A stretch of DNA of 64,000 bases from Trichoplax sp. H2 (lineage: Eukaryota). Within the stretch, counting starts at the first letter, position 1; each line of letters begins with the position of its first letter. The translations under genes were made by a program, and so were the position numbers. Positions 52,001 to 64,000 of this stretch are shown here, piece after piece. The stretch covers positions 1,488,001 to 1,552,000 of the forward strand of contig NOWV01000001.1 in assembly GCA_003344405.1 (NCBI GenBank), read 5' to 3'. Under the pieces are notes generated by a model. The model had not been told where the DNA came from, searched no databases, and saw nothing but the letters and a program-made list of their open reading frames with translations.

Positions 52001-55000
52001 TTGGGGCAGGAATTTGGTAACTGATAATTAATCACTTCTAGCGTATAGGAAAAGAACAACTTCAAGTAGCTTAAATCATTCATAAATTATATTATAAACG
52101 GAGACATAGATTATTGACCGCCAAGTTGACATAATTTGATAGAGAGAAAATGATTTAGATTATCAATTAGGCTAAAAACGGAGATATTCTATACCGAGGA
52201 ATGAGTTTTAAGATGGACATAAAGTTGCACGTAGAGCAAATTACAAATCGAGATCAGTTTTACAATCTTTTACTCGAAATGTTAAGGGCGTTTTTTAAAT
52301 TTTGAAGTAATTCCTTAGCAGCTATCCTTAGAAGTTGATTGATCTAACTTATTTACATTGCATTAATTTCTACTCTAGTGACTATGCGACACAATATCCT
52401 TTATAGTTAGATCGGGTAAAACTTGAAAAATTGCATAACCAGCTTATGTGCATTAGCTATGAGGATTTCTTTTGATTTATTTGTAAAAATTGTTTCAAGA
52501 CGTTTTGTTTGTAGCTTAATTTCTCATACTTATATGAAATGCAGTCACGATATCCTTGTTTATAATATCAGATAGAGAAACCATTCGCAAAATATATATC
52601 CTATTTAATCCAGATTAGCTAAGCGACTTGTTTTTGACAATATGTAGAATTATTTGTTAAGTCTTTACTTTCTATAGCTATTTATTATTTCTCCTTTAAA
52701 TAAGGCATTTGAAGAGAGTACATTAATCCATCTTGATGATATACTGTTGCTCAATCCATATTCTAATCCCAAGCTGTGTTTAATATGGAATGTCCTAAGC
52801 AATTTTTAAATTTTTTATTTTCTGATATTATTATCAACGCAATAGTCTTCATAGCAATATGGGATAGTTTTCAATATGATCTTTTCCGCCTAATTTCATT
52901 AGCTAAGCTAGACTTTGATTGATTTAAATACAAATTCGATAATAACTTTCAATCAAATTCAATAAAATTAATCGTAATGATAATTTTCGACTATATAGTA
53001 ATTTAAAGAAAGAAGTAAACCAGTATGATCAAGCCAAGCCTGTACGTGAGAAAAACATATGCGGCATATGCCGAAAGACAAAGTTTGCTGAAGGTGGTGG
53101 AAATCATTGCAAATTTTGTGATAGACGTGTTTGTAAACGGTGTGGAAAATTTATTACCAATAAAAAGCAAGAGGTAAGTTTAATAACCATTATACGTTTA
53201 TAGTTTTTCTTAAATATCAATCTTGAATTAGATGATATCATAACGGATATGATACCGCTTGGTCTTTATAACGAACTACCGGTTTAGTTAATTTAATTTC
53301 AATTTTGATTTAATTAAGCTGGATATTGGATAGTCAAATGCTTTAATTAATTTAAAATCATTATGGTGTACACGCTTGCTGAGTTATCAAATAGTTTAAT
53401 ACCCAGTCTCGTTATATAGTATCGGCAGCAATAGCATTTTGTATTTCATTTTTTGTATACCTTTCGGAAAATGGGTACACTTTGTTGCATCTTTCATACA
53501 TTGGAGTTCCGTAATATATTGGTTATTGATCCAATATTTAAGAGTTACTTTGCCTGCTAATAGTCTAGATACATTATTCATAGACTAATAATAGCGAAAA
53601 TTATTGGAAGTGCTTTTTAACACATCTTTATAATAAGATTACAGCGGGTAGGATGATTAATGATGACAGAATATTTTTCCATGGGCTACTACGTAATTTT
53701 TTTTCGATCACTACTTCACAATAGTGGACTAGATGCGTTTATTAAGTAGATTGCCTATCAAATTTTCAAAGATTAGATAAAGAAAATTCCTTTTCTATAC
53801 TCGTTACCAAACAAAGGTTAACGATTAGATAGTTTTATGTAGGATGTAGCTCTGTTGATTGAAATTTAGTGTAGCGGAAATACTGAAAATGAAGGTTACT
53901 ATAATCGAGACAGATGAGTGAAATAGTCTAGCAAAAAATGGCATTTTATGGTGTAAATCCCTTTGCCAATAGATTAATCAATGGTATCATCATACAGTAG
54001 TATTATTATAACGAAGGAAGTTGTTTCCAATCATTGGGCCTAATTTCTATGTTAAAAACTTTAGACATGAATTGTCTGGATTTACTTTGTAAAAATCCCT
54101 TCGACAATAGATTACTGAATGCTTCTATTCTATAGGCTATGAGTGATAGTATAGCACTAAAGAATATCTTAAAGCCATCAATATTCGCTTAAATTAAAAC
54201 AGCAGTTATCGACAAGCTCTGAAATTAAAAGTTACGAATAAATTGTCAACACATTGTTCATTTGAAATACTGCAGAATGCTAGAATATCATCCTCCTCTA
54301 CAATAAGCGGTTAAATAGAAAATACTAGTTTGTAAAATTGTCAAGGAAAGGCTCCATTGTGAGATATATAGAACTATTTATCATACCATTAACATGGAAT
54401 AAATGGATAAGATTATATAGTGCAATGAAACTGGATTGAAATGTTGATCCATATGTTTCCTGGATATTTTAATTACTATTGCGTAGTCATAACGATGGAT
54501 GAATAATCAAGAAGTTATATCGAAGTACAGTATATCATTTCGTCTCTAAGAGAAATAATAATCAATACATAGTTTTTATTGACGCGAATATCCTTTATTT
54601 CTATTGATATCTATAGCTAAATCATTATTTCTCATTGTATAAATGATGACCGATGAGAATGTATTTTCAATTAGCAGATGTTATTGTTTAAATATTCCAA
54701 CAGGACTGTAATTAACTTTGATTTAGTTATTCTTCCATTGTCACTTTTATTTTGTACTCTATCTAGTTGAAACGAAAATATGCGAGTATATCATTAGATG
54801 AAGAAATAACTTTTCTATTTCTTTGAATGTAGTTTCAATCATCATTGACAAATATTTTTACGCATATTTGTATAGTATTGATCCTATTGACGCCATTGGT
54901 AGATTAATATACGATATCATCTGGCGTACTCGTAAACATAATCTATTTAATTCTGGACTAGAATAATAGACTGAGGGATTGAAATGGTATTAATTAGCTT

Positions 55001-58000
55001 TCGATCCTGAAAGTAGCAAACAAATGCTGTTTCTCTAGGAAATGTTATTGTTTGTTTAGGTATAGACATGATTTATGACGTTATAGGCAGAATATTACTG
55101 TCGATGGAAAATAGATTCCCACATAAACCGTTGCTATTTATTCCAAAATTATAGATCATGCCCATTGCTACTATTAATAGAAATTGTTTTAATAGAATCA
55201 CCCTTGATTTCTCTCGAGCATAAAATGTGCTTTATAATGTAGAATTAGCCGTATCACTGTCTATGGAGCTCATTTGATTAGATGCATAGAATGTTTATTA
55301 AGTATAAATTCTATTTCTATATACGATAGAGATAGAATTAAACGTATTGACGTTCGCCATTTCGAAGAAATTCGTTATGACTTATCCTAGAGTTTACACT
55401 TTAGTAGGATTATGGGTGATTGCATTACTACTTATGAAGTGATTGGAAGCTATCAGATAGATTTAGTGAGGATTTCTCATACAATGGATCCTTATACTGT
55501 AATGCGTTTTAGGACAGATTATAATCATAATCGAAATAGAATTGCTGGTATTATTGTTGACGACAGCCATATCGAAAAGCTATTTGGATAGTACCAGCTA
55601 TAATTTCTCTTAAGATTAGTAGCATAGCATGTTCTGTACAGCATAGAATTAGAATATTAACTTTTCATGCAAGCCATTCGATTGGATCCATATATTTAAT
55701 GTATTTTAAGGCAAATCCAATTGATTATAGAAGTAAAATTGCGGGCATTACTGTTGATAAACGCGATTTCGAATAAATTTGTTATGGGTTATCCTAGAAT
55801 TTATGATATAAGACTTTATGCATTATTATTTATGAGAGTGATAAGAAATTATTTCGGCAATATCAGTAATGATTTCTCCCAGGATTATATAGTAGTAAGA
55901 TGAGCTACATAGTATAGGATTAGAGATATTACTATATGCGGAAGCCATTTCATAGGGTAAATTTACTGAAATGGCTTTCGGACGAATTTTATATGCTATA
56001 GAATTGATTTAATATCAGAACCAAGCAAAAAATAAGTGCATATTTACGCGCACGTACAGTTGCAACACTATTGGCGTGATATGAACAGTTTAGAACTAAT
56101 CTTGCCTAAGACATTCTTTGCGCTTGATTAGCTAATAGACAATACAGATCAGATTATGACTGTAAACAAAATTTTTCTTTTACATGCAAAGTCTTATGCC
56201 TGGATATCGATAAAATCCAATTTAGAATCTAACTTAAAGTTTTTAAAAATACAAAGAAGCGTTGAATTTAACTCACATTCCACGCTTAATGAAATAAGAT
56301 TTGAAATTTGCTAATATCTTTTACATGAGCAATTTATGCATTGACTGCGCGACTTACTCATATTCATTAGCCAATAATACTAGCTATAATTTGATTCAAT
56401 CTTTTAACTCATTTATGGGTGAAAATAGAGTATTAATTTATGGAGAGTCTAACATGATAACTGAAAAGATCATAATGTAAATGACATAAAACCTTCATCT
56501 TTTTTTACTTTATTTTACCATAAATCGTTCGATTGTTATTCGATGAAAATATATTCGTGTAGCGTTGTAATCTTGATTATTCTATTCTATGGATAATATA
56601 GAAAAATTGGTCGTGTTTGGCGTGTATTAAGAAGAAAGAACTTCAAGCTAGAACTGGTGAATGGTTTCAGTCGGCTTCGACAAGCAATTTTTCACCTTTA
56701 CGTGATCCTGCTGCTGTAGATAATATGATTGATCCTGATAAACAATACGAGCATCAAAATACTGGTGAAAATGTTAATCAAAAACCAACTTTACTTTCAA
56801 CATCTGTATCATCATTAAGTAAAGCATTTGTTACGTTAAAACAAAATGCAAACTCTGTTAAACAAGCTTTAAGTAATGCTAATGCTAATAACAATGACGA
56901 GAATCAAACATCTCATTTACAACAATCACAAAGCTTAAACTCTAGTACCGTATCTTTACGCACAAATAGTACATCATCACGTCGAGAGCATACAGGATCG
57001 TTACTTTTAACTCCCCATGACAAAATGGATGGTGAGGGAATTCCAGTATCAAGATCTTCATCATTTTCAGCAATGCCTAAGCGTAAGTCCAGCGGGCCAC
57101 GACCACCTCGACCTCCGCCACCCCGCTCTAATTCTACATCTTCAAGCAGATCACCTACTCGTAGTCCGTTATCACAATCGCCGACGTAAGTCATTTATGT
57201 TCCATACCTGTAACTTTAGATCTTGTTAGTTCATAATGGTTATGGTATACACAGTTGAAAGAGTATTGATAATATATTTAGTTGTGAAGTAGTATTAGGA
57301 AATAACTATAATTTCTTGTTTTGATGACTTTATCTAATTCAATACTTCTGACAATTTAATAACAGCCCAGATAAGCAAGAACAATCTATTCCTAATGGTG
57401 AAATGAATGGTCACGATGTTGAATTAGCGAAATCATCGCAAGAAGAACCAAAATTAGCTACAAGGTTTGTTTTCATGCCCTACTTGATGTACCAAATTTT
57501 TGTTATGTTGTGAAAAATTAATCTAAAATATTATGAGATAGCAAATCAAGATCGCAGACTAATACGATCTTGATAGCCTAATCATAAATCAATTGTTATT
57601 TAATAATCACAACATATTGTAGTTCAAATATCAATTAGTCTGATCTTTAATTACCGTTTAGGAATGATCATCATGTAGAAGATGGAGTAACTCCTGATGA
57701 TAGCAAAACTAAAAAATTAACACCAAGCCGACCACCACTACCAAGTCGAGCCTCATTGAAAAGGAGATCAAGTAGATCTCAATCAACAAGGTAAGTAAGC
57801 TCGGCCATATCGTATATTTAATGCGTTCGCAGTTAATAAATTATAAAGAGATTGTAACTATTTTTGCTTGGTTTAATAGTCAACCTAGCGATTCAGCGAC
57901 ACCAAGCAACGATGATAATCGAATAATTCCAGCCCACGATAATAACGTTAACGCAACACCTCCTACAGATTTTTCTGATAATCCGAGGTGGGATGTTAGA

Positions 58001-61000
58001 AGTATTTGTAGATTTACTAAAATAAGAATTGTTTATCATTAAAACTCCAAAAGATTAATGATATATTCATAGTTGTTGTGAAACCTTAATGATGCAGTAG
58101 TGTAGCCAAAAGGTAAACTCTAATGTTTCTAACAGCTATCATACTTACATTATTTGCTGCACTTGTTATATATACACTGGGTGCATAGATATTTAATTCA
58201 AATCAAAGTATTACATTTTAAACTAAGACAAGTAAATGAAAGCAAGATTTCCATAGTTTAAGGTGTCAGCTATACCTTAGCTTAAATATAATGTTGATTG
58301 TTGACTGTTACGTTATCTTAAGCTCGTGATTAGAAAATATTTTCCTAAAATTCGTTGTTATAGAATATAGCATAATCTGTAGAATATAACATCTTTTAGG
58401 CAACCAGAAAAAGAACCTACTGAAGATAGTTCAGATTCGTTACCTAATGGTGAAGAACATCAACCAACTAGCCCTAAGGCCTCAACAGTGCAGCCACCAA
58501 AAGTAGAAAATGACTCGAATACGACCACTGCGGAAAAACCAACAAAAACCCGTGAAGCAGCCCCCAGTAATATGACATCTGTTAATCAAGATACACCGTA
58601 AGTCTATTTGCAGTTCGCTACTAGTCATTATTTAATCCATTAGAATAGAATAACAATTAGTAATCTTCTGAATAGACCAAATATTACTAAGATATCATCA
58701 ACTGCAATATAATATGGCTATTGTGATAATTTAGCAGAGCATCACATTTAAATGGAGGTAGTGTTCTAACAGTGATAAATGAATTTTTTATAGTCAAAAT
58801 AACGATCAAGAAACTGCAGAAGTCAAAGCAAAGCCATCAGAATCCAAGAAAGTGCCACCTAGTCGACCACCTCGCCCTCACCCTAATGCTTTAAAGAGGA
58901 CATTAAGCAATAAAATGAAAACTCAACAGTACGATATTATGTGCTCTATCATCCTCTAAATATTGGTTACTTTTACATAATATTTGTTATTAATGATTTA
59001 AATCTATGCGATTGTATGATGAAATATAGGCAGCCACGAAAAGATAGCAAAACCGATCAGGAAGTACCAAAAACCATGCACGTATCCGATGATATCCCTC
59101 AAGCACAACAACCGACATCGGTGCAATTACATCCTGTCCCCAAGGAAGTAACAAAAGCAGCAAAAGAGGAACCTATTACAGCGGAAGAAAATGATGCCAC
59201 GTTAAATGAAATGCCAGCACAGACTAACGAACATTCGGCTACCTCAAAGGATAGTCCTACAAGAGGTCACAGCGTTAATGATTTGCCTGAAGATGCAGCA
59301 ATTCACGATTCACATGATAACCATGCCGAAATTAGCCCTAAAGACCAAGATAAAAGCATTACACCGCATGGTGATGCCATAACACAGAAGCAAGAGCACC
59401 AAAATCACGCTGAAGTCATACCTGAAGATTCAGGTAAGGTCGGTGATTTGCATCTAAAAGCAGATCGCCAACCAGTTAGTAAACCAGTGGTTATGCCAGA
59501 AGTCCAGAAAGAAGCTCCACAGACTGTCATAAAAGTGAACAATGATGAGCATATTAAGGAAGCAAATCATACCGGTAAAAATTGCATATATATTTTAATT
59601 ACTAAAAGTACGAGTGGCGATAGTTTTAGTAATGTAGTCTTATGTAGATATTGACAGAAATATTGATAATAGTGGGTAATAATTATAATCGTTTCTATTT
59701 TCTACTCAATAAAAGGGAGTAATAACATTGCACCTCCAGACACTACATCTGCACATTCCAGGAGTAGTTCAGTCGGGAATTTCAGTGATGACGACGTATT
59801 TGAAGATGCGCTTTCAGATGGAGAAACAGAAGAGCATACGAAAGCAGCAGCTGTCGGTACCTCAGAAAGTGCTGCTCCAACGGATGGTATAAAAGAGCCA
59901 ATCAATACACCTGTCACTGTTAATGAAGCTAAAAAAGCAAGTTTAGAAAGTCCTGTGCAGAAACGCATCAGAATTCCCTCCGTAGAGGATACTGTAGACG
60001 CTGCGCTAGCTTCCGGCATAGCTACTGCAGCTGTTTTATCATCTCCTAAAAATCTACAGAATGCAAATACTAAAAATCAAGCTTTTAAACTTCCACCAGA
60101 CCATCCTCAAGATGGAATAAAGTCTTCTGAGCCTGCAACAGTTAGTAAACCACAACAAGCAGATGTTAAACCAAAGATAGAAAATGAGGGACCAACTAGT
60201 GACAATAAACAGACTAATTTAAAGCACAACCAAAGTGGAAGCAAACAACATCAAGACAGCAAAATTCCCAATTCAGTATCTTCTAGTAATAAGATGAAAA
60301 ATACGATAACAAACAGGAATGAACAACCTCAAGTCACAGTTCAAACCAAGAGCGCATTACCAGTCAAAATTATTGAAAATCAAACACCTGCAAGTCAGCT
60401 TAAACAATCACAACAACTTACTAAAGTAGAGAAAGAGCCATCTCCTGCAATGGCTAGCAATCATTTACAGAATAACACGAATAATGGACACAACGGAGCA
60501 ATGAATGAAACAAAATCTGTACCTACTAGCAAGTCGAAAAGCAAATCGCCAAAATCGACACCATCTAAAACAAAGTCAGCTATTGCAGCTGGCATTGTTT
60601 TAGCAGATACTACGGCTAAAAATAAATCACCAAGATCTACTCCATCGAAAACGAAAGCAGCTGCAGTCGCTAATGCCATGAATGCTGATAGTAAAACCGG
60701 AAAGGGCTCTACAAAAGTAAAGAATAAATCAGCTAATTCAACTCCATCGAAAACGAAAGCCGCTGCAACTGCTGCAGCAGTAAATAGCAGCAATTCTACT
60801 CCTGTTGATAACTCATCAAGCAATAAAAAATCATCGGTAGGATCTCGGTCAAAAGCTGCTGAAATCAAATCAAGTAAGCCACAAACATCGACACGACGTC
60901 CATTAAGTGCTTTATTTGGTGGGAAATCTAAAGATGATAAACCATCCAAGAGTCCTGAGGTAACGAAGAAATCTGCTGGACAAAATATTCAGCCATCAAA

Positions 61001-64000
61001 TAGTACCTCAAAAGACATGAATAGAATCCAGAACAACGTTAAACCAACCGTATCTGATAGTGTTGCAACTGATGGAACATTGCAAGCTAGTCAGATCCAA
61101 TCGCAAGCCAAATTAGAAAAGGCTGAAACTCAATCTAAAACAACAGAAAGTCAAACGTCGAAAGAAAATCCACCTAATGCCAAACCATCACTACACCAAC
61201 AATCTGTAAGTACCCCTTCTAGCCATGAAGTTGGCCCTATACCTAACAATCAAGAACCTAAAGTCAATGATGACCATCACGAAGAAGGTGAGCCCCCTAA
61301 TATTGTAATAAATAGGAGATCGAGTAAGATAGAGACTAAAATACTTAAACCTTCAGAGCTGGATACTGCAATACAGCGTAAATCACAGCTCGATTCCAAT
61401 GATAATCCTAATACACTAAATGACATCAATAAATTACCAGCTACAAAACAAGATGATACGAAGCCAATGACTTCATCCAACCAACAAGAGAATAACATAA
61501 CAAGCCCGGAATCCAAACCAACTAACAATAATTCCAGTAAGTTCGATAATAACTCGGTAGCAACGGAAGAACCGTTAACCAATAACTACCACACTAATAA
61601 TAAATCTCAAATCGATTTATCGCCTGTTTCTAAATCCAAAGAAGTTCAAGAGAATACGAAAGTAACTCCTCAAAATTATGCCAATGACACACTTAAGGCA
61701 GAGCCAACTTCCAATCGTAATGTAAGCTTGACTAGGGATGCAACTACTGTCAACCATAATAGTCAAATTACCAATGTAAGCTCCAAAGAGAGCATAAACG
61801 TTTCACCTAAGCAACATTTGCAGGATGAACCTAAAACTATTACCAACTCATCACAGGAAATAGAAATAACGCCTGTGCCTAAAACGAAGGGAGCAGTTAA
61901 TGCCTTTTTAAGATCTGGCATGGACGAGAATGACAGCAAGTCTGACAATCACTCTCATGAACCACCTACAGATCCTATTGTAGAAGAAGAAGAAATTAAG
62001 CCAACTGTTCATCGCGTTACTGCTAGCATGCCTCTTCATTTCTTGTTGGAACCTGAAGAGGATACAGAGTTAGATCATGATGGAAAGTCGTCGGAACCAT
62101 CTGTAACTGAAACAGCACAGTCTAATCCAAAAATACAAGTACCAACGGATATGAAAGTGAATCATATTCCTTCTGCTGATGAAGAGGCTAAGGAAAGAGT
62201 TACAGTTCATCCTATAAATGAGCATGACAGCAACAAGGTTGTAAAAGACCTAAAACATGGAAGTCAAGCTACACCTTACACAAAGTCAAATAGTCCTAAA
62301 GTAGCCATTAAATCGAAACAAGAAGAAGTGGATAACAAGCCTCATACTAACCTACATGATACTCCGAGCTACACTAAAGCGTATCCACAGAAAGAAGAAG
62401 AATCCATCCATCATGATGAGCGAAACAATGTTAATGCAGCCACAGAACCAAAAGTAAACACAACTGAAACAGCAAATCTATCACCTAAAATGAATAAAAT
62501 CGAAGAAAGTAAGACTATTCATACAACAGACCAATCTGATCATAAAACAGCCAATCTATCACCTAAAATGAGCGCTAATGAAAGTAAGAATATATCTCAA
62601 CCAGATCATTCTGATCATGATCATGAAACATCGGGAGTAAAAGCTCCAATGACTTCAACAGCTGCAGTTAATAGCTCGATTACGACTACATCGCACGATG
62701 TGCCAGCCGCAGCTAGTATCGAGAAAACTTCTGCCCATGATGAAATTGCAAATGCAAGGACTAGCGAGGTTGCACCACCATCATCTACCGCAGAGAAAGC
62801 TCCAGTGAAGGCAGAAACAGCAGCTGCGGTAGCAGGGACGACAGAAGCGGTTGCAACTACATCCGCAACAATTTCAACAGCTTCCACTATCCCAGCTAAT
62901 ACAGCTCACGAAATAACTCCAGCAGCTTCTACTTCCATAAAAACTGTAAGAAATGCTACAGTCGAGGATGCAACGGTGGTAAAGCTTAACAGTAACACTA
63001 CTAATGAATCCATGTCAGCTACTCCTCATGTCGAAGCAGGCAACGATGCTAAGAAAGAGCCAAACCACGTTGTTGCTCAAGATGACCATGATCACGCAAA
63101 AGTAGTTGCAGCTGCAGTTGGAGCTACTGCAGCGGCGCAGCTACTGCTGCAGCTGTTTCTGTTACAGCTGATGCAACAGCACATCCTTCACCCGAAATTA
63201 ACACCAAAGAGGCTACAAAAGCTGCAGCTAATTTACATGCTGATGTGCATCATGAAGATGTTAAATCTGTTGCTGCTGCCGTTATTGCTTCCAATCGTGC
63301 TAGGAAACGTCTACAAAATCGTATTGCATCTCAAACATCTATTCAAACTGTTGATAAAGTAACGGGTAGGATGAAGATAAAGTTATGGCATGAAAAGGTA
63401 ACAGAGAATTTAGTCATAACCGTTTTTGGAGCGGAAGATCTGTATCCATGCGATCATAAAGTATATCGCAATGCCTACGCTAAAGTATTTATGTATCCAG
63501 AAGCTAGCCAATTTGGTAAACGTCGGACCAAAACATGCGACCGACAACTTAATCCAACGTGGAATCAAACCTTTATGTATTTTTCAATCAGTGATAAAAG
63601 ACTTGAAAGTTCTAGCTTGCAAGTAACGATCTGGGATAACGATAAAGATCATGGCATTAAGTTTTTAGGTGAAGTAATCATTAAGATGGCAACTGCTAGA
63701 TTGGATAATCAACCTCATTGGTATTTACTACGAAATCATGATCATTCTGTTGGTCAACTTCCTCCTCCGACACCAATTAAGAAGACTGCTTCGGATAAGC
63801 AATCATCTCATGGTCTACGCCGATCAAATGTATCTCTACATGCAACAAATACTAATGATGATAGTGTAGGTGCTATCTCAGAAGATTCAGTGGTTGGCCA
63901 TCCTGAAGAAGTTTACCATAGCTCAGTGAATGCTAATAAGTACCGTGTTGCTGATTCATCTAACTACGCCGAGCATGCAATGTCTAACACTGGCCATGAA
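43085..64000 (+). CDS. RIMS: RIM (Rab3-interacting molecule / UNC-10) family scaffold; 3' end beyond the window; 1-nt frameshift at ~63136
   Basis: Exons 43085-43284, 52999-53173, 56602-57185, 57366-57464, 57662-57790, 57880-57987, 58400-58597, 58794-58928, 59030-59574, 59716->64000. Motifs: SRLTEEERQRIQEVL, CGICRKTKFAEGGGNHCKFCDRRVCKRCG...WSCLAC...TGEWF (Rab-binding Zn finger), and RIM-type C2A at 63365-63742 (GRMKIKLWH...RNAYAKVF...KRRTKT...LNPTWNQTF...VTIWD...FLGEV...LDNQPHWY). Confidence 0.9.
50950..51561. repeat. Intronic degenerate tandem repeats
   Basis: Three CCAC.T.GACAA.AAGA units (50949-51187) followed by three ~111-bp units starting ~51247, ~51358 and ~51469 (TTATTTGTCTTAA.TGATA...AATAGA.TAAAAA). 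Confidence 0.8.

Noticed and set aside
37441-55903. Numerous 60-140 aa I/L/F-rich ORFs in intergenic and intronic DNA
   Set aside because: Composition expected from random AT-rich sequence; no recognisable motifs or consistent splice structure (the real RIM exons in this span are listed separately).
56913-62887. Minus-strand ORFs overlapping RIM exons
   Set aside because: Antisense shadows of low-complexity coding sequence with no independent motif support.
63138-63626. Leu/Gln-rich tail of ORF 59955-63362 as a membrane anchor, and ORF 63426-63626
   Set aside because: Out-of-frame readings of the region encoding the linker end and C2A.

Overview
AT-rich eukaryotic genomic DNA with short GT-AG introns and two 20-N scaffold gaps. 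It is most consistent with a placozoan (Trichoplax-like) genome, which is an inference from gene content and style. The first 15 kb hold a cluster of intronless iodothyronine-deiodinase-like selenoprotein genes that the ORF track breaks at the in-frame TGA (Sec). There are two intact copies (5127-5939 +, 8593-9411 -), two 5'-truncated copies fused head-to-head at 13760/13761, and one decayed pseudogene (~2373-3170 -). Each has its own SECIS hairpin, and three of the five SECIS carry GAGA instead of the canonical apical AA. Interspersed are a Tc1-type HTH-only ORF, an LTR-retrotransposon relic and a tRNA-like relic. Next come the spliced genes HACD/PTPLA (-), SLC22A18-like (-), LKAAEAR1 (+, with an RFX X-box) and ATP6V1H (-). 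After them lie a probable LRR pseudogene, hairpin tandem repeats, a TA-flanked MITE, and a large RIM-family gene. The RIM gene has a Rab-binding Zn finger, a ~1,800-aa linker with no visible PDZ and a C2A domain, carries a 1-nt frameshift, and runs off the window end. TACAGTA/TACTGTA, the classic Tc1/mariner excision footprint, is scattered throughout.
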